NCBI GenBank assembly: GCA_035193785.1
Contig: CP136572.1
Span: 3,220,578 to 3,284,577, forward strand
Length of the DNA: 64,000 bases
Reading direction: 5' to 3'
Source of the DNA: Planktothrix sp. GU0601_MAG3
GTDB lineage: Bacteria; Cyanobacteriota; Cyanobacteriia; Cyanobacteriales; Microcoleaceae
The translations under genes were made by a program, and so were the position numbers. Positions 37,014-48,098 of the stretch are shown here, piece by piece. Position 1 is the first letter of the stretch. Every line of letters starts with the position of its first letter. The notes under the pieces were generated by a model. The model worked only from the letters and a program-made list of their open reading frames with translations, was not told the origin of the DNA and searched no databases.

Positions 37014-37568
37014 ATGACCAAGCCTGGATCGGAACCCCCAACCATTTTACAAAATCGCCTGTTTTATCAAGGAAGAAAGTTCAGTTTTGATGTCAATACT
37101 TTACGTCTTCCCAATGGAGTAGAAGGGGACTGGGAATGTATTCGTCATCCGGGAGGGGCGTTAGTAATTCCGGTGACTTCAGAAGGAAAATTAGTCCTAG
37201 TCAAACAATATCGGTTTGCAGTCTCAGGAAGAACTTTAGAATTTCCGGCTGGAACAATTGAACTGAATGAAGATCCCGCCGAAACTGTTAAGCGAGAAAT
37301 TGAAGAAGAAACCGGATATCGCGCCCATCGCTGGCAAAAATTAGGACAATTTATATTAGCCCCGGGTTATTGTGATGAAATTATTTATGCGTTTTTAGCC
37401 CAAGATTTAGAAAAGTTAGAAACGCCCCCGCAACAGGATGAGGATGAAGATATCGAGACGGTTTTAATGACTCCCAAAGACCTAGAACAAGCCATTTTAG
37501 ACGGTGAACCTGTGGATGCTAAAACAATTTCTAGTTTTCTGTTAGCTAAACCATTTTTAAAGATTTAA
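37014..37568 (+). CDS. NUDIX hydrolase (ADP-ribose pyrophosphatase-like)
   Basis: Nudix box PAGTIELNEDPAETVKREIEEETGY. Confidence 0.9.
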   Translation: MTKPGSEPPTILQNRLFYQGRKFSFDVNTLRLPNGVEGDWECIRHPGGALVIPVTSEGKLVLVKQYRFAVSGRTLEFPAGTIELNEDPAETVKREIEEETGYRAHRWQKLGQFILAPGYCDEIIYAFLAQDLEKLETPPQQDEDEDIETVLMTPKDLEQAILDGEPVDAKTISSFLLAKPFLKI

Positions 37569-37642
37569 TCTTCAATCTGAATGATTAATTTAGATTAAAG
37601 TAGGATAAAATAAACATAGTTTATATACTAAAATCCCATCCT

Positions 37643-39095
37643 ATGTCTGAAGATTTAATTTTATTTTGGCATCGACGAGATCTGAGAATTGATGATAATT
37701 TAGGACTGTTTAATGCTTGTCAATCAAGTTCTAAAGTGATCGGTTTATTTTGCTTAGATCCCAATATTTTAAACCGAGATGATATCGCCCCAGTACGGGT
37801 TCACTATATGATTGGTTGTTTGCAATATCTACAGAAAGAATATCAAAAATTAGGCAGTCAATTATTAATATTAGAGGGAAAACCTCAAGAAATGATTCCT
37901 AAATTAGCCAGGGAATTGAAGGCGAAAGCGGTTTATTTTAATTTAGATGTTGAACCCTTTGCTAGAGAACGCGATCGCATCGTTTCAGAAGCGTTAAATT
38001 CCATAGGAATTATCACAAAAACCACTTGGGATCAGTTATTCCATTCCCCTGATCAAATCTCAACCCAATCCCAAGAACCCTATAAAGTTTATACTCCCTT
38101 TTGGCGTAATTTTAATCTTAAACCCAAAGCTAAACCCAAACCTCCCCTCTCTCCCACCTTAATCGGTTTAACCGAAACCGAACAGGAATTAGCCCAAAAA
38201 ATCGGCGTTATTCCCTTACCTTCAGCCCCAAAATTAGGCTTTATTTGGGAAAATTCCTTAATCTTAGAACCCGGGGAAATAGCCGCCCAAGAAACGCCTG
38301 GAGGAATTTTGCGATCGCGCTTTATATGAATATGACGAACAGCGAAACTTTCCCGCTATTGATGGCACTTCTCAACTAAGTGCAGCCTTGAGATTTGGGG
38401 TTATTAGTATTAGAAAAGTCTGGGAAAAAACCCTCGAAGCCATGAAAAATTGTCGCAGCGATGAAGGGAGAAAACAAATTCAATCCTGGCAACAGGAACT
38501 GGCTTGGCGGGAATTTTATCAACACGCTTTATATCATTTTCCTGAATTAGAATTAGGGGCTTATCGCGAACCCTTTAAGACCTTTCCTTGGCATAATAAT
38601 GAACGACATTTTCAAGCCTGGTGTGCGGGAAAAACCGGTTATCCAATTGTTGATGCGGCCATGCGACAATTAAACGAAAGTGGCTGGATGCACAACCGAT
38701 GTCGGATGATTGTGGCTAGTTTTTTAACTAAGGATTTAATTATTAATTGGCAGTGGGGAGAAAAATACTTTATGCAAACCCTAATGGATGGAGATTTAGC
38801 TGCTAATAATGGGGGTTGGCAATGGAGTGCATCTAGTGGTATGGATACTAAACCGTTAAGAATTTTTAACCCCGCCAGTCAAGCCCAAAAGTTTGATTCC
38901 GAAGCCGAATATATTCGCCAATGGTTGCCGGAATTAAGAAGTTTAGATCCAGAATTATTAGTAACTGGAAAAATATCAACTCGCGATCGCAAATCCTGCG
39001 GTTATCCCGAACCCATTGTCGATCATAATCAACAGCAACGTCTGTTTAAACAACTCTATCAAGCCCAAAAAATTGAGCAAAGTGGGGTGCTATAG
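37643..39095 (+). CDS. phrA: CPD DNA photolyase (apparent frameshift at 38291-38295)
   Basis: [49 protein letters not shown]. Confidence 0.92.
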
Positions 39096-39130
39096 ACGAT
39101 TAATGGGTAAGGGAGGGTATGGGCAGATCA

Positions 39131-40787
39131 TTACCCTTTCCAAACAAAAACTTTAGCTTCATATTCGGGTAAATCAATCAGAATATTATCATCTCCCGAT
39201 TGAATATCATAATTACTTGTCCACTCATGCCAAGTCCCATTGGCTGGGAAGTGGGGAAACTTGATAACCTGCAAAATAATTATCAGAGAAATTCACAACC
39301 ACCACAATCCGAGAACCTTGATCATTCCATCGGGTATAAGCTAAGATTTTATTATCAGGATCTTCATGGAAAAAATCAATATTGCCACTATATAAAGCAG
39401 GATTAGTTTCCCGCAGAAAAATCAAGCCTTTATAATGTTCAAATAAACTCTGATTACTGTCATTTTTCAAGAGTTTCCAATCCAGTTTTGCCGATTCAAT
39501 GGTTTTGGGTTTATATTCTCCAAATTCTTCCCCCATCCAAATCATCGGAATACCTACGGCTGTGATTAATAATGCCACCCCTAATTTCACCCGTTTAAAG
39601 ACTTCATCATCAAAAATTCCGCGATTTCCTAACTCCACAATCAAACGATTATGATCATGATTTCCCAAATAATTCACAATATTATTCGGCCCCATAAACC
39701 CTTGACGTTTACCATCTAAAACATCTTTGAGTTGTTCTAAATCAAAGGTATCGCCACATAAATGATCCGTGAGAGTATGATAAAAACTATCATGCCAACA
39801 GCCATCCATCGGCCCATCACTGTTAGTAATACTGGGGCTTTCCGGCACATATTCCGCCACATTATAAAAAGGTTTTACCCCGGCTGCTTGCTTGGCTTCC
39901 TGCACGACCCAACTCATAAAATCATAGTTTCCCAGTTGCTTGGCTGCATCATAACGAATACCATCAATATGATATTCTTTCACCCAAAATCTGATCGTAT
40001 CACCAATAAATTTGCGAGCCGGATAGGTGCCTAATTGTTCATCATATTGTTCATAATTAAATTCGGGGCCCCAGTTACATTCCGTATCTTGCTGGCTATG
40101 GTGATACCAATAATCATGATCAATTTGAGTTAAGGGACAGGAGGCTTCGGAATGGTTATAAACCCCATCAATTAATACTCGAATTCCTCGCCCGTGACAT
40201 TCATCAATGAGTTTTTTTAATTGTTCGGTTGTGCCATAACTAGACTCGGACGCGAAGAAATAGCGAGGATTATATCCCCAACTATGATCCCCTGGATGTT
40301 CTTTGACGGGCATTAATTCAATGGCATTTATTCCCAATTCACACAAATAATCTAACTTTTCCATAACGTGTTGATATTTACCCCGGGAATGGATGTCATC
40401 TTCTCCCCCGGAAAAATCCCCGACGTGCATTTCATAAATCACTAATTCATGATCGGGCGGTAAGGGTTTATCATCATTTTTCCAAACATAAGTATCAACA
40501 ATTTTTTCCCCGTCTTTAATCCTAATAATCCCATTTTGAGTCCCATCATCAATATCCGTGGCGTAGGGGTCAACAACCTCTATCCACTCGTCAGGTTCTA
40601 AAAACCAACTTCTGGAACGGACTCGAAATTTGTATTGATAGATTTCATCTTCTAACTCAACTTGAGTCCGAAAATAACCCTTATCATCCCTCTGCATTGG
40701 AATATCTTTCCAGTTAGAAAAATTTCCGATTAAAGCGACTTCTTTATTATAGGGAGCGAAAAGAGAAAATTCGATTAAGTTGGACAT
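39131..40787 (-). CDS. GH13 alpha-amylase-family glucanase with N-terminal CBM48 (apparent frameshift at 39256-39260)
   Basis: IYEMHVGDF, ELMPV..HPGDHSWGYNP, DGVYNH, DGIRYD, AEY, NHD; repaired end ...KVFVWKG*. Confidence 0.88.
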
Positions 40788-40991
40788 TTTTTATTGATAA
40801 ATCTACCTGCATTCGTGATTATATAGAATAGCATTCCATAAATCATCTATCAAAAGAATGAGATATAATTTATTTGTGTTATTTGTGAGCTATTTATATT
40901 TTGATCTGGGCCTTCAAGCTCAACCCTAGTCAAGATGGATCTAGTTGAGTAAACTAGAAATTAATCTAATAATTAATTCAGGGATAAACTA

Positions 40992-42068
40992 ATGTCAGAA
41001 GGTTTTTTACTCAGTCGTCTGCTTTTACGTTTTGATACAGCCAATAATCTGCTATTAAATAACTTATCTGGGGTGGCGTTAACACCCGATGGAAATTTAT
41101 GGTTAGGGGCCGATGAAGGCACAGGAATTGAGCGATTTTCTCCCCTTGAACCCTCGGTTTTTGGTCAGCATCAACATTTTGAATTAGGAAATTTTATTCC
41201 CTTAAATAATCAAGCCGAAGAAATTGATATTGAAGGCTTAGATTATGATAATTCCTATCTTTGGTTGGTCGGTTCCCATAGTTTTAAACGCAAAAAACCC
41301 AAGGGAAAAGATTCCGGTTTAGATATTGAGCGTTTAAGCCAAATTAAAGCGGAACAGAATCGTTATCTTTTAGCCCGTATCCCGATGAAAAATGGGGAGT
41401 TAGTTCAGTCTTTTTCCTCTCCTGAGTTGGGTGGTCAAACCCTGCGAGCCGCTGTTCTGCAAACGACTGAAAACGGCAATCAACTGATGGAATCTTTAAA
41501 AACAGATGAACATTTAGGTTTATTTATATCAACGTCTCTCCCCTCCAAGGAAAATGGATTGGATATCGAAGGTTTAGCGGTTGATAAAAATAAAATTTTC
41601 TTAGGATTACGGGGGCCAGTTTTACGCGGATTTGCAATTATTTTAGAATTAGAAGTCGAAGAAAAAAAAACCGGAGTTTTAAGCCTCAAAGAAATCGGCG
41701 AGCAGGGAAAACCCTATCGAAAGCACTTTTTTGAATTAATGGGTTTAGGAATTCGAGATTTATGTTTACAGGGGGAAAATTTAATTATTTTAGCAGGGCC
41801 GACCATGGATTTATCAGCAACCTCGAAGGTCTATCTTTGGAAAAATGCTTTAACTCAATCTGGGAATACAATTACCTATGTTAATTCTGATCAGTTAGAG
41901 GTTTTATTCGATATCCCTGTCTGTTTGGATGGGGATAAACCAGAGGGATTAGAGCTCTTTAATAGTTTAGGACAACCCGGTTTATTAGTTGTGTATGATT
42001 CTCCCAATCCTGGGCGAATTTTATCTGAGCAGGAAGTGTTTGCAGATATTTTCCATTTGTCCCACTAG
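40992..42068 (+). CDS. DUF3616-like protein
   Basis: EIDIEGL, LWLVGSHS, KENGLDIEGLA, LGLRGPVLRG, DKPEG motifs. Confidence 0.75.
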   Translation: MSEGFLLSRLLLRFDTANNLLLNNLSGVALTPDGNLWLGADEGTGIERFSPLEPSVFGQHQHFELGNFIPLNNQAEEIDIEGLDYDNSYLWLVGSHSFKRKKPKGKDSGLDIERLSQIKAEQNRYLLARIPMKNGELVQSFSSPELGGQTLRAAVLQTTENGNQLMESLKTDEHLGLFISTSLPSKENGLDIEGLAVDKNKIFLGLRGPVLRGFAIILELEVEEKKTGVLSLKEIGEQGKPYRKHFFELMGLGIRDLCLQGENLIILAGPTMDLSATSKVYLWKNALTQSGNTITYVNSDQLEVLFDIPVCLDGDKPEGLELFNSLGQPGLLVVYDSPNPGRILSEQEVFADIFHLSH

Positions 42069-42329
42069 AGTAGAGTCAGACAAAATAACCCCCAAAAAAT
42101 AATAGAGAGTCACAACCGATAAATCGATTGAATTGACTCTCCGTTTCCACCAGACTAACCAGAGGGAATAAAGGATTGCACCCAGTACGCTTACTAATAT
42201 AGGGGGCTCTCCTCTAGTCGTGCCTCTATCTATAGATAGAGATTAGCAGAAAAATCTTTAACAATCAAACGGTGTCACCTTTGAGTAAAGTGTTGGGTCT
42301 GATACCCCATGGGTTTCTCCCCCGATCTT

Positions 42330-43278
42330 CTAAAGATAAAATTCGGGTTTTAAATCCCTTTCCATTAAAGATTCTACGGCTTTTTGGGGGGTGATTTGAT
42401 GATTTAAAAGCTGATAAACTTGCCAGGAAATGGGTATGGGAATCCGTTCCCGATGGGCAATTTCAATTAAAACATTAGTGGTATTTACACCTTCGGCTGT
42501 GCTCCCTAATTCCGTTAATACTTGTTCTAAGGTTTTGCCCTCTGCTAATCCATAACCAACCCGATAATTACGACTTAAAGCACTATTACAAGTGGTTAAC
42601 ATATCCCCCAAACCGGATAATCCAAAAAACGTTTCTGTTTTCCCCCCTAAATGGGTTCCAATTCTAATAATTTCGGTTAGGGCACGGGTTAATAATGCGG
42701 ATTTAGCATTAGTTCCTAACTGTAACCCATCGCAAACCCCCGCCGCGATCGCAATTACATTTTTTAGGGTTCCTCCTAATTCTGTCCCCATCGGATCGGA
42801 AACTGGTATAAACTCGAAATCGATTAGAAGCAAATACCCTTTGTACAATCTTTGCCGCCTCTAAATCTTCACTGGCTACCACCGTGGCGGCGGGTAAACC
42901 CTGTTCAATTTCTGCGGATAAATTCGGCCCGGATAAAACCACAATTGGATGGTCAGGAAACCCCATTCCCCAAAGTTGGGAAGGAGTACGGGTACTATGG
43001 GGATCTAAACCTTTTGTGGCGGTGACAATGGGGATTTGATCGGATAATTTTAGGGTTTGCAGTTGTTCGATGGTGGGGGTAACTCCTGTCATCGAAACCG
43101 CAGAAACTAAGACATCAATGGAGTTGATACTTTCGGCTAAGGAATTGCCTAAATGCCGTGACCATATCTGGACAGTATGACCATTATAATGGGCTAATTT
43201 GGCTAGGGCAGAACCCCAAGCCCCCGCACCTAAAATGGCTAAGGTTAAGGGGTGATCGGACACAGGAACATGAACCAT
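42330..43278 (-). CDS. gpsA: NAD(P)H-dependent glycerol-3-phosphate dehydrogenase (apparent frameshift at 42799-42803)
   Basis: GAGAWGSALA, TKG, LSGPNL, ELGGTLKNVIAIAAG, GLSGLGD, SRNY. Confidence 0.93.
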
Positions 43279-43314
43279 AATGGTAGAATCTTAAATGATA
43301 ATCTCAATCGGAGC

Positions 43315-44053
43315 TTAGAAGGTTTTATCATAATATTTAATTCCGTCCCAAATTCCAGTAACTCCCGGAAACTGACTATAATAGACATTTTTTAAGAATT
43401 TAATTTTTTCAAATAATTTTAATTCGGAGTTACCGACGGCGATACTTTTAAGTCCGGTTTTAAATAAAGATAAATCATTTAGGGAATCCCCGGATGTAAT
43501 TACTTGATGGGGAGATATTGTTAAGAAATCCATTAATTTGAGCAAGGTTGAACCTTTAGCAACGCCGGGAGGTAAAATATCTAAATATTTATCGGCAGAG
43601 GTAATACAATCAAATCCGGCATCTTGAATTTTTTTTACAATTCGGTCTTGATTTTGATCGGGTTTATAATAATAGGAAACTCGATACTCAGGGGCTATGG
43701 GTTGGAGAGTTAATCCCGGTTCATTGGCTAAGATTTTTAAGGCAAATTCGCTGGAATTTCCCCAAATATCAGCAATCCAATTTTGTACTTGGGCCACGGG
43801 TTTTAAGGTTTTTCCCTCATAAACGGTTGTTTCCTACATCCCCAATAATATAATCCGGTCGGGGAATGATTGTTTTTTTTTCTTCATATAAACGCAGGGT
43901 AAATTCTAAACTACGACCTGTGACAAAAATCAATAATAGGCGATCGCGTTTTGACTGTAAATAGTTATAAAATTCCTGTTGTTCCTGTGGAGAACCGCCT
44001 AAAAATGTCCCATCTAAATCCGTTGCTAAAACCAAAGTATTATTGGTGATCAT
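43315..44053 (-). CDS. HAD-IIB sugar-phosphate phosphatase (apparent frameshift at 43829-43833)
   Basis: ATDLDGT, VTGRS, IGDVGTT (after repair), LDILPPGVAKG, GDSLND. Confidence 0.88.
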
Positions 44054-44146
44054 GGTTGGGTTTTGAGTTATTATTTATTCTACCTATTGATCATATAGTA
44101 GTAAGCCCTTTAGGGCTATCTAAGTCCTTTTGTCCTTAAATTGATT

Positions 44147-44764
44147 ATGGATATCAGTGTTTTAGCTAAAGGTTTAATCATTGGTTTTTCCATTGCTGCC
44201 CCCGTTGGGCCGATTGGGATTTTGTGTATTCGTCGTTGTTTGTCTCAAGGGTATTGGGCCGGATTTTTTACCGGGTTAGGAGCCGCCACTGCTGACGCTT
44301 TATATGGCTTTATTGCTGGATTTGGATTGACCATCATTTCTAATTATTTGGTGAGTCAACAAATGGGATTAAAACTAATGGGCGGATTGTTTTTATGTTA
44401 TTTGGGATTTAAAATAGCCTTAGAAAAACCCACACAAGAAGTGGCAAACCCATCAAGAAAAATGATAAATGCCTATGCTTCAACCTTTTTTCTGACGATT
44501 AGTAATCCCATCACTATTTTATCATTTATTGCTATTTTTGCTGGGTTGGGTTTAGGCATAAAAAACAATTATTGGGATGCGGGAATACTGGTTTTAGGAG
44601 TATTTTTAGGATCGGGATTATGGTGGTTCATCTTAGTTAGTGGAGTCAGTTTATTTCAGGATAGAATTAACACCCATATCTTACAATGGATTAACCGGAT
44701 TTCAGGACTTATAATTATTGGGTTTGGTTTAGCTGCATTATTCAGCCTGATCAGAGAGGGTTAG
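44147..44764 (+). CDS. LysE-family translocator
   Basis: GFSIAAPVGP, GLGAATAD, LTISNP; multiple TM helices. Confidence 0.88.
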   Translation: MDISVLAKGLIIGFSIAAPVGPIGILCIRRCLSQGYWAGFFTGLGAATADALYGFIAGFGLTIISNYLVSQQMGLKLMGGLFLCYLGFKIALEKPTQEVANPSRKMINAYASTFFLTISNPITILSFIAIFAGLGLGIKNNYWDAGILVLGVFLGSGLWWFILVSGVSLFQDRINTHILQWINRISGLIIIGFGLAALFSLIREG

Positions 44765-44786
44765 ATCATATAGGCACAATAAAAAA

Positions 44787-45174
44787 CTATTCAACTTTTA
44801 ACTCTAAACTAGGTAAAAATTTCTTTAAATTCTGTAAAGATTTATCCTGCCAAGCTACTTCTTTAGACCCTAAAATAATTAATTGAATATTGGGTTTTTT
44901 GCGTAATCCCATGACAAACTTTGACAATAAACTAATCCCCGAACTATTGAGAAATGATAGACTTCTCAAATTCAGCGTCATAATTGTGGGTTTCTGTTGC
45001 GGTTACTTCTTCGAGTAAGTCTTTAATCGATTTATATTCAACTGGCCCCCCCAAACTGAGTTCTCCTTCAAAACAAATGGTTACGGATTCAGGATCGTAT
45101 TGAACGGTATGATCTTCACCTTTAATTTCCTGGATTACCATTTTTTCTACCTCTATCTGATTCTGTAAATACAT
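44787..45174 (-). CDS. Slr1659-like STAS/anti-anti-sigma protein, SiaC-like (apparent frameshift at 44990-44994)
   Basis: LNLRSLSFLNSSGISLLSKFV (phospho-acceptor Ser motif), WQDKSLQNL. True start may be the ATG at 45141. Confidence 0.75.
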
Positions 45175-45179
45175 TCATT

Positions 45180-45773
45180 CTACACGGTTACTTGAGCCAT
45201 TGTCGTCACTAAAACCAGGGTCACTTGATTGGAGATCGATTCAAATTTCCAACCCAGTTGCGCCTGATAATCATTAATCATCGTCAGTAAGCCTAAACCG
45301 GAAGCATTATCGCTGTCATCTTCCACGCTCCGTTCGACTTGATGAAAATACAATTCATTGGGATCTTGATGCAGTAATTGTTCTATGAAATCCTGAAACT
45401 TTTTTGCCCCTTCTAAACTAATTGAATTAGTGGCAAAAATAGCGGCGGTTACCGTCTGTTCATTTTCAATAAAGTGAATCCCAAATCTGATTTTAGATTT
45501 CACACTTTCATCATTAAATTTCATGGCATTTTCTAATAACTCATTGGCGACATAACTCACCGCCCCTTTTCCCTGTTGAATCCGTTTTTCCCGGGTAGGG
45601 TTATCGGCATCTAATGGTAAAAAAGATGAGAAATAGTCAGCGACAAAATGGGCCGATAATCGATTATTGCGCCAGCGCTGTTTAATCGGTCGGGATGTGG
45701 GAGTAAAGGTCAACTCTAAAGAATCATGATCGGGAGGAAATTGTTGCAAAAATTCTCCAAAAATTTGGATCAT
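45180..45773 (-). CDS. Slr1658-like anti-sigma/Ser kinase (GHKL ATPase, SiaB-like)
   Basis: RWRNNRLSAHFVADY, YVANELLENAMKF (N box), SGLGLLTM (G box). Confidence 0.8.
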   Translation of the reverse strand: MIQIFGEFLQQFPPDHDSLELTFTPTSRPIKQRWRNNRLSAHFVADYFSSFLPLDADNPTREKRIQQGKGAVSYVANELLENAMKFNDESVKSKIRFGIHFIENEQTVTAAIFATNSISLEGAKKFQDFIEQLLHQDPNELYFHQVERSVEDDSDNASGLGLLTMINDYQAQLGWKFESISNQVTLVLVTTMAQVTV

Positions 45774-45883
45774 AAAGATTTAACTTTTACTAGAACAAAT
45801 CAAATGATAAAACAACTACATTTATAGTTTAGCATAATTTGACTTGATATAAAACAAAATTTATCTTGTCTTAATTCTCCCGT

Positions 45884-48031
45884 TTATCGTTGCTTTAAAA
45901 TCAATAGGGTAATATCATCAAGCTGTTTTTGTTCTCCCATAAACATCCTAACATCATAAATCACATTCTGCTTAATTTGCTCCGCCGAATACTCCCAGTT
46001 TTTACCGACAACCGCACAAAGTCTTTCCAAACCATATTGAGCTTTTTCTATATTTCTAGCTTCCGTAATTCCATCGGTATAAAGAACGATAATATCCCCG
46101 ACCTTTAACTCAATCATAACTTGACCAATAAATTCAGAAATATCCTCATCTAAACCAATGGGTAGACCTAAATCCATGGTATTAATTCGTTCAACCTTTC
46201 CCCCATGACGCACCACCAATATTTCCTCATGCTGACCACTAATACTCAGATGACCATTTTTATAATTTAAAATAGCTAAAGTCAAATTTTTATCGGAATT
46301 CATGCGTTGAACATTGCGATAAATCGCCCGGTTTAAAATATTTAAAAACTTCACTGGGTCATGTTCTTGAATTTCCTTGAGCACTCGAACTGCCGCCTGG
46401 GTCATCACCATTAAAATTCCACTTTCTAATCCATGACCCGTCACATCTCCAATGCCAATAGTAACTACATCATTCATATATAAAACATCATAATAATCTC
46501 CTCCCACTTCATAGGCAGGTTCCATATAAACCGCAATTTCTAATCCTTCAATTAAAGCTAATTCTTCAGTTTTAGGTAGAATTAACTGCTGCATTCTTTT
46601 GAGTAAGTCTAGTTCACTACTCATGCGATAGTTGTCAGCTTTTAACAGTTGATTCAAGACTACAATTTGAGCATGGGCAGAGGCTAATTCCGCCGTTCTT
46701 TCGATGACTTTTTGTTCTAAATTTTCAAAGGAATCTTGCAGTTGATCCGCCATTTTATTAAAAGAATGAGCTAGTTCTCTCAGTTTCCATAATCTGTCTG
46801 ACTTTAACCGCTTGATTCAAGTCCCCCGTGGCAATTTTTTGAGATGCTCGATTTAATCTCAAAATCGGTTCCGTAATCCAATGGGCAATTATAATTCCCA
46901 TTCCCGTTGCGATCGCTAATGCTACTAAACATAATACAATAGTTCTGCGGGTATTCCTATCAATTTCTTTCATAAAATCTGACTCAGGAATGGCAACCAC
47001 AATCAACCAATTTAAGCCAAATTGATCTTGCCAAGGATGCACCCGGACAAAAATATTTTCCCCATCTAATTTAAAATTGATACTCTGTTTTGTTTGAATT
47101 TTACTCAAATCGCTAAATCGCTTTAGGAGATATTGACTCGATGATTTAATTAAGGGATCACGGCTTTGAAAAGCACTCAACCGTTGAGATTCTCCGTTGA
47201 CTTCTAAATAGGGTTTTTCCTCACTGGAACTGGCAACAATTAAACCATTGGGTTCCACAATAAAAATTTTACTCGAAGGGGTCACTTTTAACTGTTTTAA
47301 AAAGTTACTAATTTGAGTCAAAATCAGATCAATTCCGATCACTCCCACTAATTTATTTTGTTGATCATAAATAGGATAACTAGAGGCAATAGAAATAACT
47401 TCTGGGCGATCGCCCCACTGATAAATTTTACTCCAAATCGGTTTTCCCGCCGCAACAGCATCACTATACCATTTATCTTCTTTGTAAAAATATTTTTCCC
47501 GGGTAATGAGGGTTGTTGGATCACCTTGATCATTTAATAAATAACGGTTATAATAAAATTTATCCGTTGGTTTCATTAATTCTAAATAGAGGGTTCCATC
47601 ATCTTCTCGACCGACTCCTAGAAACAGATTATCCACAGTATACCTAAGTTAAAATAGCCCAGGGAAGGATAGACTTTCATCTGCTTCCACAAATGGCGTC
47701 GAATACTGTCTAAATCCTGGAAATTTAACAATCCCAATTTGAGCAGATTAAGATTAACTTCATTTACCTGAATCGGCAATGCTAAATAATGATCTAGCTG
47801 TTGACTAATACGAGCACTAACCTCATTTTGGAGTTGATTTGCTAAATCATTAACTGCCCGTTGTCCATTTTGAAATGATAACCAACCGACCAATCCAACG
47901 GCGATAAAAATTTGGAAAACAAAGGGAAAAATCAGCAGATTTCTCAGGGAAACTTTTTTTAACAATGGTTTAACCCAAGGGTAGAGAAATTGATTTGACA
48001 TAGGCTTTATTTCCAAAGGGGAATAAATCAT
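45884..48031 (-). CDS. Membrane dCache-HAMP-SpoIIE (PP2C) phosphatase, copy 1 (apparent frameshifts at ~47638 and 46783)
   Basis: TM-Cache-TM-HAMP architecture; EVGGDYYD, IGDVTGHG, LYTDGITEA, DDITL. Confidence 0.88.
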
Positions 48032-48098
48032 CTATTGTTGTGCTAAAGCACCATCTTTAGGAGTGCATAGCAAGCACAACAACGGCGCAATAACAGGG

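Noticed and set aside
42100..42300. Possible small RNA between the DUF3616 gene and gpsA
   Set aside because: GC-richer patch containing GGAAACGGAG on the minus strand, but no convincing Yfr1/Yfr2 motif or terminator; cannot support.
44581..44589. SigJ-type GGGAATACT box
   Set aside because: Lies inside the LysE coding sequence, not upstream of a plausible target.
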